Positions 28,786 to 39,200 of a DNA stretch of 64,000 nucleotides are shown one piece after another. The stretch's first letter is position 1; each line of letters begins with the position of its first letter. A program made the translations under genes and the position numbers. The notes beneath the pieces are model-generated. The model did not search any database, had not been told where the DNA came from, and saw only the letters and a list, made by a program, of their open reading frames with translations. The DNA lies in the IMG/VR virus record IMGVR_UViG_3300010885_011343, positions 1-64,000 of that record; one strand, given 5' to 3'. The DNA comes from a virus.

Positions 28786-28815
28786 AGTATAGCAGGTTGT
28801 CCTACTAGAAATCAA
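28786..28815 (-). promoter_or_regulatory. Sigma70-type promoter for gp47 (probably leaderless)
   Basis: TTGATT-18 nt-TATACT with extended -10 TG; ATG is 6 nt after the -10 box. Confidence 0.6.
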
Positions 28816-28822
28816 ATTTAAT

Positions 28823-29680
28823 TTACTCGTCGTGGTCGTAGTGCCCACCGCCGCCCATACCCTGTCGAGTATAACTAGGAGTCATATTATTCATTTCTAA
28901 AATATCATCACGTAGATTTTGATTACGCTTTTCGATGTTTAATACTCGAGTAAAGCTGTTAGTAATAGCGGCAGTGTAGTAGGCAAACGGGTTTGCCGAC
29001 TTTGATTCGTCAAACTGTAGTCCAATTTGGCTAAGTTGTAGCAATGCTTGGCTACGCATTTCGTCATTGTATGTGTAACCCCGCCAGTTTGACCTAGTGG
29101 CATACCGCTCGCATAGCTTCATAAACATATGGGCTAGTTTTTTAGTCATTGCACCGTGGTCTCTGCACCATACCCCGCTGTCCAAATCGCCTTTCCAATG
29201 GCTTTTACCCACACAAACTGGTTCGCCTTCGTCGTTTACTTTATAGTGGTGGAACGGTGGAAAATTACATTTTACATATTTGGTAGGAACAACGACTTCT
29301 TCATCGTATTCTGTTAGAATAACTTCGTTTTCTTCTTCCTTTAGTGCTTTGGCAGTCTTACTAAGATCAACTGGCACGTGATCCCAGGTCATTACTCGAA
29401 ACACTACATCTGTGTCTTTGATTTCTTTTAACTTAACTTCAAACTCTTCGAGCTTTCTCTTTTCGCCAGTTGCGGCCAGTGCTTCGTCGAATGCCAGCTT
29501 GGTTAAACGATCTGCCCTGTTTTGTCTGGCTTCTTTGATATTCTTTTTGTTAATCTGTTTTAATTCGTGAATAATCATATCATAATCACAGAACTCAGGA
29601 GATGTGTACGAGCAGTAGGTAGTTTTACTTCGATGTATCTCCTTTAAAATATCTTTGTTGTTTAGGTAATTGTGTTTCAT
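28823..29680 (-). CDS. gp55: Late-transcription sigma factor, gp55-like
   Basis: NYLNNKD at the N-terminus, NWRGYTY..EM and FDESKSANPFAYYT; gp55-gp47-gp46 synteny. Confidence 0.85.
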   Translation of the reverse strand: MKHNYLNNKDILKEIHRSKTTYCSYTSPEFCDYDMIIHELKQINKKNIKEARQNRADRLTKLAFDEALAATGEKRKLEEFEVKLKEIKDTDVVFRVMTWDHVPVDLSKTAKALKEEENEVILTEYDEEVVVPTKYVKCNFPPFHHYKVNDEGEPVCVGKSHWKGDLDSGVWCRDHGAMTKKLAHMFMKLCERYATRSNWRGYTYNDEMRSQALLQLSQIGLQFDESKSANPFAYYTAAITNSFTRVLNIEKRNQNLRDDILEMNNMTPSYTRQGMGGGGHYDHDE

Positions 29681-29703
29681 CGGGGTCCTTATAAACTAAG
29701 CAT

Positions 29704-29732
29704 ATATTACACTGAATAAATATAAAAAGCAA
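29704..29732 (-). promoter_or_regulatory. Sigma70-type promoter for gp55, with an opposite-strand late box inside its spacer
   Basis: TTGCTT (29732-29727), 17 nt, TAATAT (29709-29704); plus-strand TAAATA at 29717-29722. Confidence 0.55.
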
Positions 29733-29743
29733 GAGGTTTAACT

Positions 29744-30607
29744 ATGGATTTTAGCTGGGACAGTATTAAAACGGGAATCGGAAGCGCAGCCAGTAAAGTT
29801 GGCAACGTATTAGATCCCAGTAACGCACGACTAAGCATAGCCGGCCTATTAAAAGGCGGCCGTCGTGTGCCCGAAGCACCATACGAAAAAAGAATTGATT
29901 TTGTTAGCCAAAACAACTCTCCGGTTGGTCTTAAAGACGATTGGAAAGTGCGTGTTAGCGTAGGGGAAAGTAGTGGCATTTTTTATAATGGTACAGGGGA
30001 TGTTGGTGTACTTGCTCCATTAAAAAGTACTCTAGGAGTAGTTTTTCCTTATACTCCTACAATTAGTACAAACTTCTCAGCTGACTATAGCTCAGTAAAG
30101 CCAACTCATAGTAACTATCCGTCATTCTTTTACGAATCAAGTCAGGTACAGGAAATTCAACTCAGTTGCCCATTCACGGTACAAAACTACCAGGAAGGGC
30201 AATACCTACTAGCTACTATTTATTTTTTTAGAGCTTGCACAAAAATGTTCTATGGATCGGGCGCCAATGCCGGAAACCCACCACCAATAGTTTTTTTAAA
30301 TGGCTACGGAAGTCATTACCTGCCAAATGTACCTTGCATAGTCACTGGCTTCACACACACAATGCCAGACGAAGCAGATTATTTAGAAGTTCCGATTGGA
30401 ACAGCACCAGATGGCCCGCAACAGCTTGGATTTGGTTATGATATGAGTGATGCTACTACGCAACAGCCGGGCCCACAGATTACAAGACTACCAACCTACA
30501 GTGATATACAGGTTAGATTACAACCTGTTTATAGTAGGAATCGTGTTGCCGAGTTTGATTTGGAAAAATTTGCTCAAGGCAACCTACTAGATAAAGGCTT
30601 TATCTGA
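29744..30607 (+). CDS. Baseplate tail-tube initiator/cap-like protein (gp48/gp54-like)
   Basis: VFPYTP, PPPIVFLNGYG and VPCIVTGF motifs; first gene of the baseplate operon. Confidence 0.6.
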   Translation: MDFSWDSIKTGIGSAASKVGNVLDPSNARLSIAGLLKGGRRVPEAPYEKRIDFVSQNNSPVGLKDDWKVRVSVGESSGIFYNGTGDVGVLAPLKSTLGVVFPYTPTISTNFSADYSSVKPTHSNYPSFFYESSQVQEIQLSCPFTVQNYQEGQYLLATIYFFRACTKMFYGSGANAGNPPPIVFLNGYGSHYLPNVPCIVTGFTHTMPDEADYLEVPIGTAPDGPQQLGFGYDMSDATTQQPGPQITRLPTYSDIQVRLQPVYSRNRVAEFDLEKFAQGNLLDKGFI

Positions 30608-30906
30608 TGGCAACTTATTCCAAATCAAGTCCGTACTATGCTACGGGATCTATGGGATCATTTCTAGATCTATTAGAGTACAGAGATATTCCCAAAAACT
30701 CCAATGACGTGGAGTATGAGATTGATGCAGTTTACAAATATCGACCCGACCTGCTGGCCTATGACCTTTATAGCAATGCTGGACTTTGGTGGGTGTTTGC
30801 AGTACGCAATCCCAATGTTCTTAAAGATCCATTGTTTGATTTTTCTCCCGGCACTATTATTTTTATTCCAACAAAAGAAACGCTAGTGGCCACGTTAGGA
30901 TTATAA
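30607..30906 (+). CDS. Baseplate wedge protein, gp53/LysM-like
   Basis: YRPDLLAYDLY...LWWVFAVRN...IFIP motif. Confidence 0.75.
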   Translation: MATYSKSSPYYATGSMGSFLDLLEYRDIPKNSNDVEYEIDAVYKYRPDLLAYDLYSNAGLWWVFAVRNPNVLKDPLFDFSPGTIIFIPTKETLVATLGL

Positions 30907-33641
30907 TGGCAAACGGACAAGTTCAAATTAAATTAGCCGCAGAGCGCCGAGCTAGGGAGCAGGCAGCGTCGCAGACTGCTGAGTCTTCATTTACCAACGT
31001 TGACCCGATGGGCAACTATGTTGGCGGCTATGATGAATTAGCACCCGAGACAGAACGGAAACTAAAATTAGCAAGCCAGGCAAGAAGTAATTTTGCAAGC
31101 CAGGACCCAAGAAGATTGGACATTGGCGACGGCGGAAAAGCGGCAATAGCAGCCACAGTGGCACAATCGGAACGACGTGACGCTGCCGCGGCAGCCGAAG
31201 AACAACGAAAAGCGGCAGAGGAAGCAAAAAAGCCGGCAGTAGTAGAGCAGGTCAGACCAGTTATTACCAGCTTTCCACCACAAGACAATCCATTATTTCA
31301 ATACGCTGACTACACCTACAATTTAAGTTTGCACGTTATACCACCAAGCAAGTACAATGCATTGGCAACAATTCCTGGATACATTTATACCAATGATGAC
31401 AACACAGTATTAATAGCCAGTGGCGGTAGACGCAATGATAGTAATTTCACACGTCATACAAAGTTTAAACAAGATTTTTATTTTGAAAATTTAAAGTTTA
31501 CTACAATTGTTGGATTGAACAACAAAAGTAGAAATACCAATAGTATTGATCTCAGCTTTACTATAATTGAACCATATGGTGTTACTATGCTAAACCGTAT
31601 GCGAGATCTAATGGACGAGTTAGATGTTAACAGTTGGATGCAATTGCCTTTTATGCTACAGATAGATTTTGTAGGCAACACTGACCAAGGAGAAGTGATG
31701 CACCCAATACCGGATACTACCAAATATATTCCCGTTAGGTTAATTGGTTGCAAGATTAAGGTCACTAACAAAGGCGCAGAATATCAATTACAGGCAATTC
31801 CGTATAGCCATCAAGCGTTTAACGAGTCATCTGCAAGCACACCGGCACAGTTTGAAGTCACTGCCAAGACCATTGCTGATTTTTTTAGTTCTAGTGGAAA
31901 TGCAGGACAAGCAGACAATGTTATATCCACAGGAAATGCACTAGCTGAACGTAGAGAAGCTCTGTCTAAAGAATTAAAAGATGAAAAGTATAAGACTCCT
32001 GACGGAAAAAGAGAAGCAGAAAAGAAAAGTAAAGAATTTTTAGCAGTGCAACAGGGAGTAAGTAGCACAGGCTACGTAGTCGGCAGCTATAGCGCCGCAA
32101 TAAACAGCTTTCAGAAACAACTACAAGCTAATAAGCAAACACAACATCCTGAGATTTATGAGTTTAAATTTCACAAAGATTTTGAATCATCAGAAATTGT
32201 TATTCCAAATAAAGTAGAAGCCAGGAATACCAAGATGATTGACCCTACCACCAAGGCAGCAGTGGCAGCTATCAGGGCACAAGGGGGGATATCTACTGCT
32301 GGTATAGATATGACCAGCGAAAGATTTAGCATCAATGCAGGCACAAATGTTGTTGAAGTAATCAATATGGTTATGCGGGCCAGCAAATACATTAGAGATC
32401 AAATACCTGATCCGGCAACAGATGCAGTGGGTGGTGGGCAAGCGATTGCAGACAAACTTAAAAGACCGATTAATTGGTATAAAATTACTCCAGTGATTAC
32501 CATTGGAGAATTTGATTTCAAGCGTGATTGCTACAGTAAAAAAATTACATATCACGTAGAGCCTTACACTTATTATAATACTAAATTTAGAGATGCACCA
32601 CAAAAACTACCCGACAGCTACAGCAAATCTTACCAATATATGTATACTGGTAAGAATAGAGATATTATTAGTTTTGACATTGACTTTGACACAATGTTTT
32701 ATACTAAAATAACTGCTGATCGAAGTAAAGCACAAAAAGATCGTACACAACCGCAGGCAGAGCAGTCGCAAGAAGATAACACAAACGCACCAAATCGTCC
32801 AAAACGTATAACCAATAATGTGGTAGTACCGGTCGCTGGGCAAGCTGGTGCACCAAACCCGGCCAGCGTGGACAGTAAGTCGGTGTTGGTCAATGATTTA
32901 ACACAATCAATGATGAGCAGTAGTCGTGGTGATATGATCAATGTTAAATTAAAAATTGTAGGCGACCCAGAATTTATTAAACAAGACGATGTTTACTTCA
33001 ACCCAACTAATAATCCTAGCCAACCTAACAAACGGTATGATAAAAATGGCAGTTTGATATTTGATGTCAGCGAAATTTTTGCATTGATTAAATTTAAAAC
33101 GCCAGTGGATTTTAATGCTGAAACAGGATTAATGGAATTTGAAACCTGGGAAACATCTGTGTTCAGCGGCATTTACAAAATCATTACGGTAGAGAATGAA
33201 TTTAGTCGAGGACAGTTTGTACAAACATTAGATTGTATCAGAATGTTTGATCAGCCCGATTACGATATTGTTCAACCGACACCCGACGACGGAAAAAAGA
33301 AAGCTCAAGAAGAACGAGCTCCGGAAGTTACCACATTAGAAGAACAAAAGAAACAAGAAGAGCCAGCACAGGAGTCAAGAAATATGACATTTGGCGAGGC
33401 CTTTAAACAAGCTAGAAAAGATTACGGTGGCGCAGGTGGAGTCTTTACTTGGAATGGCAAGCAATATCAAACAAACATAGTTGGCGAAGATTATGTGTCT
33501 AAACCAAAGTCTGTTTATAACGATAGCAGAGATCTAGGCAAAGTTGCAGTTACTCAACAGGCCAAATTAAAAGCCGACATAGCCAGCGCACCTACAGAAA
33601 ATATCAATGACGGCAACATACAAGATTATGGATTGGGTTAA
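30906..33641 (+). CDS. Baseplate hub protein (gp27-like) with charged extensions
   Basis: 911 aa. FTIIEPYG, LKIVGDP and SGIYKIITVENEFSRGQFVQTL hub-like motifs; precedes the spike gene. Confidence 0.6.
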   Translation: MANGQVQIKLAAERRAREQAASQTAESSFTNVDPMGNYVGGYDELAPETERKLKLASQARSNFASQDPRRLDIGDGGKAAIAATVAQSERRDAAAAAEEQRKAAEEAKKPAVVEQVRPVITSFPPQDNPLFQYADYTYNLSLHVIPPSKYNALATIPGYIYTNDDNTVLIASGGRRNDSNFTRHTKFKQDFYFENLKFTTIVGLNNKSRNTNSIDLSFTIIEPYGVTMLNRMRDLMDELDVNSWMQLPFMLQIDFVGNTDQGEVMHPIPDTTKYIPVRLIGCKIKVTNKGAEYQLQAIPYSHQAFNESSASTPAQFEVTAKTIADFFSSSGNAGQADNVISTGNALAERREALSKELKDEKYKTPDGKREAEKKSKEFLAVQQGVSSTGYVVGSYSAAINSFQKQLQANKQTQHPEIYEFKFHKDFESSEIVIPNKVEARNTKMIDPTTKAAVAAIRAQGGISTAGIDMTSERFSINAGTNVVEVINMVMRASKYIRDQIPDPATDAVGGGQAIADKLKRPINWYKITPVITIGEFDFKRDCYSKKITYHVEPYTYYNTKFRDAPQKLPDSYSKSYQYMYTGKNRDIISFDIDFDTMFYTKITADRSKAQKDRTQPQAEQSQEDNTNAPNRPKRITNNVVVPVAGQAGAPNPASVDSKSVLVNDLTQSMMSSSRGDMINVKLKIVGDPEFIKQDDVYFNPTNNPSQPNKRYDKNGSLIFDVSEIFALIKFKTPVDFNAETGLMEFETWETSVFSGIYKIITVENEFSRGQFVQTLDCIRMFDQPDYDIVQPTPDDGKKKAQEERAPEVTTLEEQKKQEEPAQESRNMTFGEAFKQARKDYGGAGGVFTWNGKQYQTNIVGEDYVSKPKSVYNDSRDLGKVAVTQQAKLKADIASAPTENINDGNIQDYGLG

Positions 33642-33644
33642 TCG

Positions 33645-35801
33645 ATGGGAATGGATAAAAGACTAGGCCGAGAAGTATCGGACACATATAAAAGAGAATC
33701 GTCGGGCCTAAAGTTAGACTCTGGTCCTTTTATTGGCAAAGTAAAAAATAACTTAGACCCCACACGTGGCGGACGCCTGCAGGTATATATTCCAGACTTA
33801 AACACTGGCAATGAAAACGATCCTGATAATTGGAGAACAGTAAGTTGGGCAAGCCCATTCTTTGGCACAACCAGTCAACCCGATACCAACAAGCAAAACT
33901 CGTTTAAGAAAGTTAGGCACAGCTACGGAATGTGGATGGTCCCACCAGACATTGGCAATTTAGTGTTATGTACATTTGTACTGGGCGATCCTAACAGGGG
34001 TTTTTGGTTTGCCTGTATTCCAAACCAGCTTGGGCACCATATGATTCCCGGCATTGCCGGCAGTATCAATGTAGACGCTGGACAGATAAGCGATCCCAAA
34101 GTTAAATCCGGTTATAAAAACAATCCCACAGTGGTCAGTGAGTTTAACGAAAACGACGAAGCAATTGACTGGGCTAATTTTATTAACTTAAAAAAGCCCA
34201 TACACGAAGAACAACTTAAGATATTAATCAAGCAAGGGCTAGATGAAGATTACATCAGAGGAATTATTTCCAGCTCAAGTCAACGCGAAACTCCTAGTTT
34301 TGTATTTGGTATAAGCACACCCGGGCGCCCTGTCAATGATCCTGCAGAAGATCCCAACTATAAAGAAAAGTTACAGTCCGGGGACTTAAAAGAAAGCGAC
34401 TATGCAGTTTCTGCACGTAAAGGTGGCCACCAGTTTGTAATGGACGATGGTAACTGGCAAGGCAAAGATCAATTAATAAGATTACGCACTGCCGGCGGGC
34501 ACCAGATATTAATGAATGACAGCGAACGTGTGATGTACATAGCCAACGGTGACGGCAGTGTATGGATGGAGTTCACAGGACCCGGGCATATCAACGTTTA
34601 CTCTGGATCTGGTATTAACATTAGAACACAAGGTGACTTAAACCTACACGCTGATAAGAATATTAATATCAATGCTGGGGAGAATATCAATGTAGCCGCC
34701 GGCAAAGAAATGACTACCCTTAGTCCGACTGTTAAATTTAATGCCACAGGCGAAATGCTGTTGTTTGGCGGTGATGTAAAAGTTGGCAGTTCTGGCCCAA
34801 TGTCCTTTGTCAGTTCGGGCACAGCCAATTTGAATTCTGGCGGATCGTTGCATTTAGTGGGCAGTAACATTACGTTAAACGACGGTGGCGGTGCCACAGT
34901 TAATAGACCTACTCCGTTAAAATACAATAAACTAACTGAAACAGGATACAAAGACGGTAGCTGGGCCTCTGTTGACGGAGGACTAAGCACCATTGTTCCT
35001 ATTGCACCCGCACACGAACCTTGGGGATTGCATAAAGGAACTGTGTTGGCCGGCGTGACCAGTGGCACAGGTATAAATGGGTCAACGTTTGGGGGTACTA
35101 CCGGAACCGGCAACGGTGTAACGTCCGGGCCCGCACCAACCAAAGAGATACCAGTAGTGGAATGTAAAGGCGGTGCAATGCCAACAGATCCTGGTCCACA
35201 AGCGGCACAAAATGCCGGAGTAAAAAATCCAGTTAACAAAAGCTACTTAAACAGAGCCGATAGCCCATCGCCAACAGAAGGTATAGGACCACTAACACCC
35301 GAACAAACCAAAGCATTGATAACACAAATAGGCTGGAACGAAAGCGGTTGGAAGTATAATATTGAAAATCAATACAACTACCTGGGAAAATATCAAACTG
35401 GAGCAGCCGCATTGGTAGATCAGGGATACATCAAGCGAGATGCTTACCAATTGTACGGCAATAAAGCAGTCAACTATCCAACTAGCTGGACAGGCAAAGA
35501 CGGAATCGGCAGTAAAGAATCATACCTGAACAGCGGCGGCGTACAAGAAAAAGTTATGCTCAATCTTTTAAAATCCAACTACAGTACTTTAATAAGAACA
35601 GGCGCAATAAAAGAAGGTGATGACCAGTGTGCCATTGCTGGTATGCTAGCCGCTAGTCACTTAATTGGTGCAGGTGGCGCCAAGAAATGGCGACAAACCG
35701 GTGGTGGTCAGGATGCCAATGGCACCACAGGCACGGTATATTACAATATGGGACGGTATGCAGTCGATGTACTTGCGGCCCCGGCTACTGCACAGGCTTA
35801 A
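33645..35801 (+). CDS. Central spike (gp5/VgrG-like) with C-terminal lysozyme-like domain
   Basis: OB-fold (DPTRGGRLQVYIP, YGMWMVPPD), beta-helix repeats, APAHEPWGLH, then NESG...LGKYQ...AASHLIGAGG. Confidence 0.75.
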   Translation: MGMDKRLGREVSDTYKRESSGLKLDSGPFIGKVKNNLDPTRGGRLQVYIPDLNTGNENDPDNWRTVSWASPFFGTTSQPDTNKQNSFKKVRHSYGMWMVPPDIGNLVLCTFVLGDPNRGFWFACIPNQLGHHMIPGIAGSINVDAGQISDPKVKSGYKNNPTVVSEFNENDEAIDWANFINLKKPIHEEQLKILIKQGLDEDYIRGIISSSSQRETPSFVFGISTPGRPVNDPAEDPNYKEKLQSGDLKESDYAVSARKGGHQFVMDDGNWQGKDQLIRLRTAGGHQILMNDSERVMYIANGDGSVWMEFTGPGHINVYSGSGINIRTQGDLNLHADKNININAGENINVAAGKEMTTLSPTVKFNATGEMLLFGGDVKVGSSGPMSFVSSGTANLNSGGSLHLVGSNITLNDGGGATVNRPTPLKYNKLTETGYKDGSWASVDGGLSTIVPIAPAHEPWGLHKGTVLAGVTSGTGINGSTFGGTTGTGNGVTSGPAPTKEIPVVECKGGAMPTDPGPQAAQNAGVKNPVNKSYLNRADSPSPTEGIGPLTPEQTKALITQIGWNESGWKYNIENQYNYLGKYQTGAAALVDQGYIKRDAYQLYGNKAVNYPTSWTGKDGIGSKESYLNSGGVQEKVMLNLLKSNYSTLIRTGAIKEGDDQCAIAGMLAASHLIGAGGAKKWRQTGGGQDANGTTGTVYYNMGRYAVDVLAAPATAQA

Positions 35802-35808
35802 ATACTAT

Positions 35809-36183
35809 ATGGCAACATACAAAGGATTCAGCACCTATAACAGGGTTAAAAAATTTAAGTTAACTGACTTTGACTTAGTTAAACAAGACCTGTTCAACCA
35901 TTTTAACATTCGCAAAGGCGAAAAGTTAATGGATCCCAGCTTTGGAACGATCATATGGGGGTTATTATTTGAACCATTTACAGATGAATTAAAGCAATCT
36001 GTAATTAAAGACATCAATACCGTTATAAATTATGATCCTAGGATAAACATAGACAACGTGGTAATAGCACAATACGAGTACGGTCTTCAAATTGATTTGG
36101 CATTAACTTATGTTCCTTATAACCAAACAGAAACATTGCGAATCAAATTTGACCAAGAATCTCAAACTGCTAGTGTACGCTAA
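35809..36183 (+). CDS. gp25: Baseplate wedge subunit gp25
   Basis: KQDLFNHFNIRKGEKLMDPSFG...LLFEP...DPRI; start revised to ATG 35809. Confidence 0.85.
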   Translation: MATYKGFSTYNRVKKFKLTDFDLVKQDLFNHFNIRKGEKLMDPSFGTIIWGLLFEPFTDELKQSVIKDINTVINYDPRINIDNVVIAQYEYGLQIDLALTYVPYNQTETLRIKFDQESQTASVR

Positions 36184-36233
36184 TAAACGGCGTACATTTT
36201 AAAACCGATAAATATTAAAAACGGGTAATATAG

Positions 36234-39200
36234 ATGGCAATCAATACAAGACAAAACAGTTTGCTGGTAGCAGAAAATTGGAAAAAGATCTATCAGACTT
36301 TCCAAGAGGCTGACTTCACTAGCTATGATTTTGAAACTCTGCGTAAGAGTATGATTGATTACATCAAGCTCTACTACCCAGAAGATTTTAACGATTTTAC
36401 TGAAAGCAGTGAGTTTATTGCTCTAATAGACTTAATTGCTTTTATGGGCCAAGCATTGGCATTCCGTACAGATTTAAATGCTCGCGAAAACTTCATTGAC
36501 ACAGCAGAGCGTAGAGACAGCATTTTAAAGCTAGCACGATTAATCAGCTATAATCCCAAGCGTAACATTTCTTCTAGCGGTTTCTTAAAGATTGAAACTG
36601 TTAGCACCACAGAAACACTCTACGACAGCAACGGATTTAATCTAAGCAACTTATCAGTCAACTGGAACGATTTAAGCAACGATAACTGGTTAGAACAGTT
36701 TACCACCATTGTTAATGCCGCATTGATCAGCAGTCAAGTAATTGGTAAACCTGGAAATACACAGACAATTAACAGTGTCAGAACAGAAGAATACGGACTT
36801 AATTTGATCCCTAATGTTCTTGGCGTGTACAAGTTTCAAAGCGCCATTGAAGGCAACAATTTTGATTTTGAAATAGTAAGCCCTACCAGCATAGCTAAAT
36901 CATATATCTACGAGCGCACTCCAAGTAAAAACGCACCGTTTAATATACTGTATCGCAATGACAATTATGGAAACACCAGCAATGACACTGGATTTTTTGT
37001 TTACTTTAAACAAGGCGCATTGGCTAGCCAAGAATTTACCTTAAGTGACAGTATTCCTAATAGAGTGGTTAATTTTAATTTTAGTAATATTAATAACACA
37101 GACGTTTGGTTATACAGTTTAGACAGCAACGGAGAATTAAACGAACTATGGACACAAGTTCCTGCAGTTGGCGGCGTAAACGTAATCTATAACAAGTCTC
37201 AAGAGCGTAACCTATATCAAGTTAACACCAAGGCCAACGATCAAATTGATTTGGTATTTGGCGATGGCAGCTTTGCCAACATTCCAACAGGATCTTACAG
37301 ACTATATTATCGCACCAGTGCAGGCATTGGCTACAAAATTACACCTGATGAAATGAAGGGCGTGGCAATATCCTTTAACTATGTCAGTAGAGATAACAGA
37401 GTAGAAACTCTTAACCTACGTGCCAGCTTGCAGTATACTGTAACTAACGCCAGCTCAAGAGAAACTACTGCGGATATTAAACAAAAAGCTCCTCAGCAAT
37501 ACTACACACAAAACCGTATGATCACTGGAGAGGATTATAACATCCTCCCTTACACAACATTTGGTAACGTACTAAAGGCTAAATCAGTTAACAGAACAAG
37601 TTCCGGGGTTAGTCGTTATCTGGACGTAATTGATCCAACTGCAAAGTATTCTAGTACAAATATTTTTTGCAGTGATGGCTTACTATACCAAGACAACTAC
37701 ATCCGTGCATTTAAATTTAATGCAAATAGCAGTGGCGAGATATCTAAAGTTATCAACAATAATATTGTTAAAGATATTATTTTAAGTCAAGAACTACAGC
37801 ATTTTTACTATGCCAATTATCCTCGCTTTCCTGGAGATAACACTACCAGTGTATTAAAAAATATAAACTGGAATTTAACAACTTTTGGTAGCAATACTGC
37901 CACAGGTTATTTTGTGTTAAATGGAACTCCGGCTGTCATTGGCGGCGTTGCTAAAAACGAAACTCGATATCTACGTCAGGGTGCCATTATTAAGTTTGTT
38001 CCACGAGCAGGATATTATTTTGATACAAGTAATAATATGATTCCTGGTACTGCGCCAATCGGCAGTAATACCAGCATATATGCCTGTGTTACCGTAGTCT
38101 ACGGTAACGGAACAAACAACGGCACGGGAAATTTAGATGACGGCACAGGTCCAGTTATACTAAATGTTAAAGTGCCAACCGGCGCAGTGATAGCAGAAGT
38201 TATTCCTGTTTTTAAGAATGGCTTTACTAGCTTTTACAACGAAGCAATTACTGGACTAATTAAAAGTTTTAAAAACTTTGGTCTGACCTTTGATGTTGAA
38301 AAGCAAATTTGGAAAATTATCTCTTCTGAGAATTTAAATACGTCTGGGCAGTTTAGTTTAACCAATCAAAATGATATTAGTGGAACTGGATTAGATGCCA
38401 GCTGGTTAATACGTTTTGAATACAATCTTGATGGTTACATTGTCTATTACAGAGGCATCGAATATACCTTTGAAAGTGCCGGCCAAACTGGTTTCTTCTT
38501 TGATGATCGTGTCAAGGTGTACGATACTAAGACAGGTACTGTGGTCAATGACCAAGTTACAGTACTAAAAACAAATAGACAGCCAGATTCAAATTTTTCA
38601 TTGGCGCAAGATTGTTCTTGGAAGATTTATAAAAATAGCGTTGGCAGCGACGGTTATGTGGACAAGAATAAAATATATGTAACTTTTGCCGATTCAAATA
38701 ACGATGGAATTCCAGATAATCCAGATTTGTTTAAATTGGTAGTTGACCCTACTGTTAATTCTGCAACTAAGTTTGTGTATTTTCAACGTGAAGCAGGATA
38801 CCAACGTTTTCAAAATTTAATTCCGTTAGATAATAAAACTATTGTTAGTTTGTATGCCACAGCCAGCGACATTGCCGGAGTCAATAATTTATATCTATCA
38901 GGGCAACAATTTTATGCGTATGGCGAAAATGCTTTCTACAAATTGAATAGTGATAGAACATTGACAGCGATCACCGATTACACTGCTAGGATTGGCAGAC
39001 AAGAATTGCAATTTCAATATAGACATAACAGTCCCGATTACCGTCGCATCAATCCAAGCAATACAAATGTAATTGACCTTTACATATTAACTTCTGCATA
39101 TGAAAGTGCCTACCGTGTTTGGATACAGGATACCAGCGGCGCAACAGAACAACCATATGAGCCAACCACTGACAGTCTAAACGACGAGTTCAGTAAGTTA

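Noticed and set aside
35665-35808. Upstream starts given by the ORF track (35665, 15179, 51640, 56026, 58032, 63129)
   Set aside because: Downstream starts fit promoter boxes, RBSs or stop-start coupling better.
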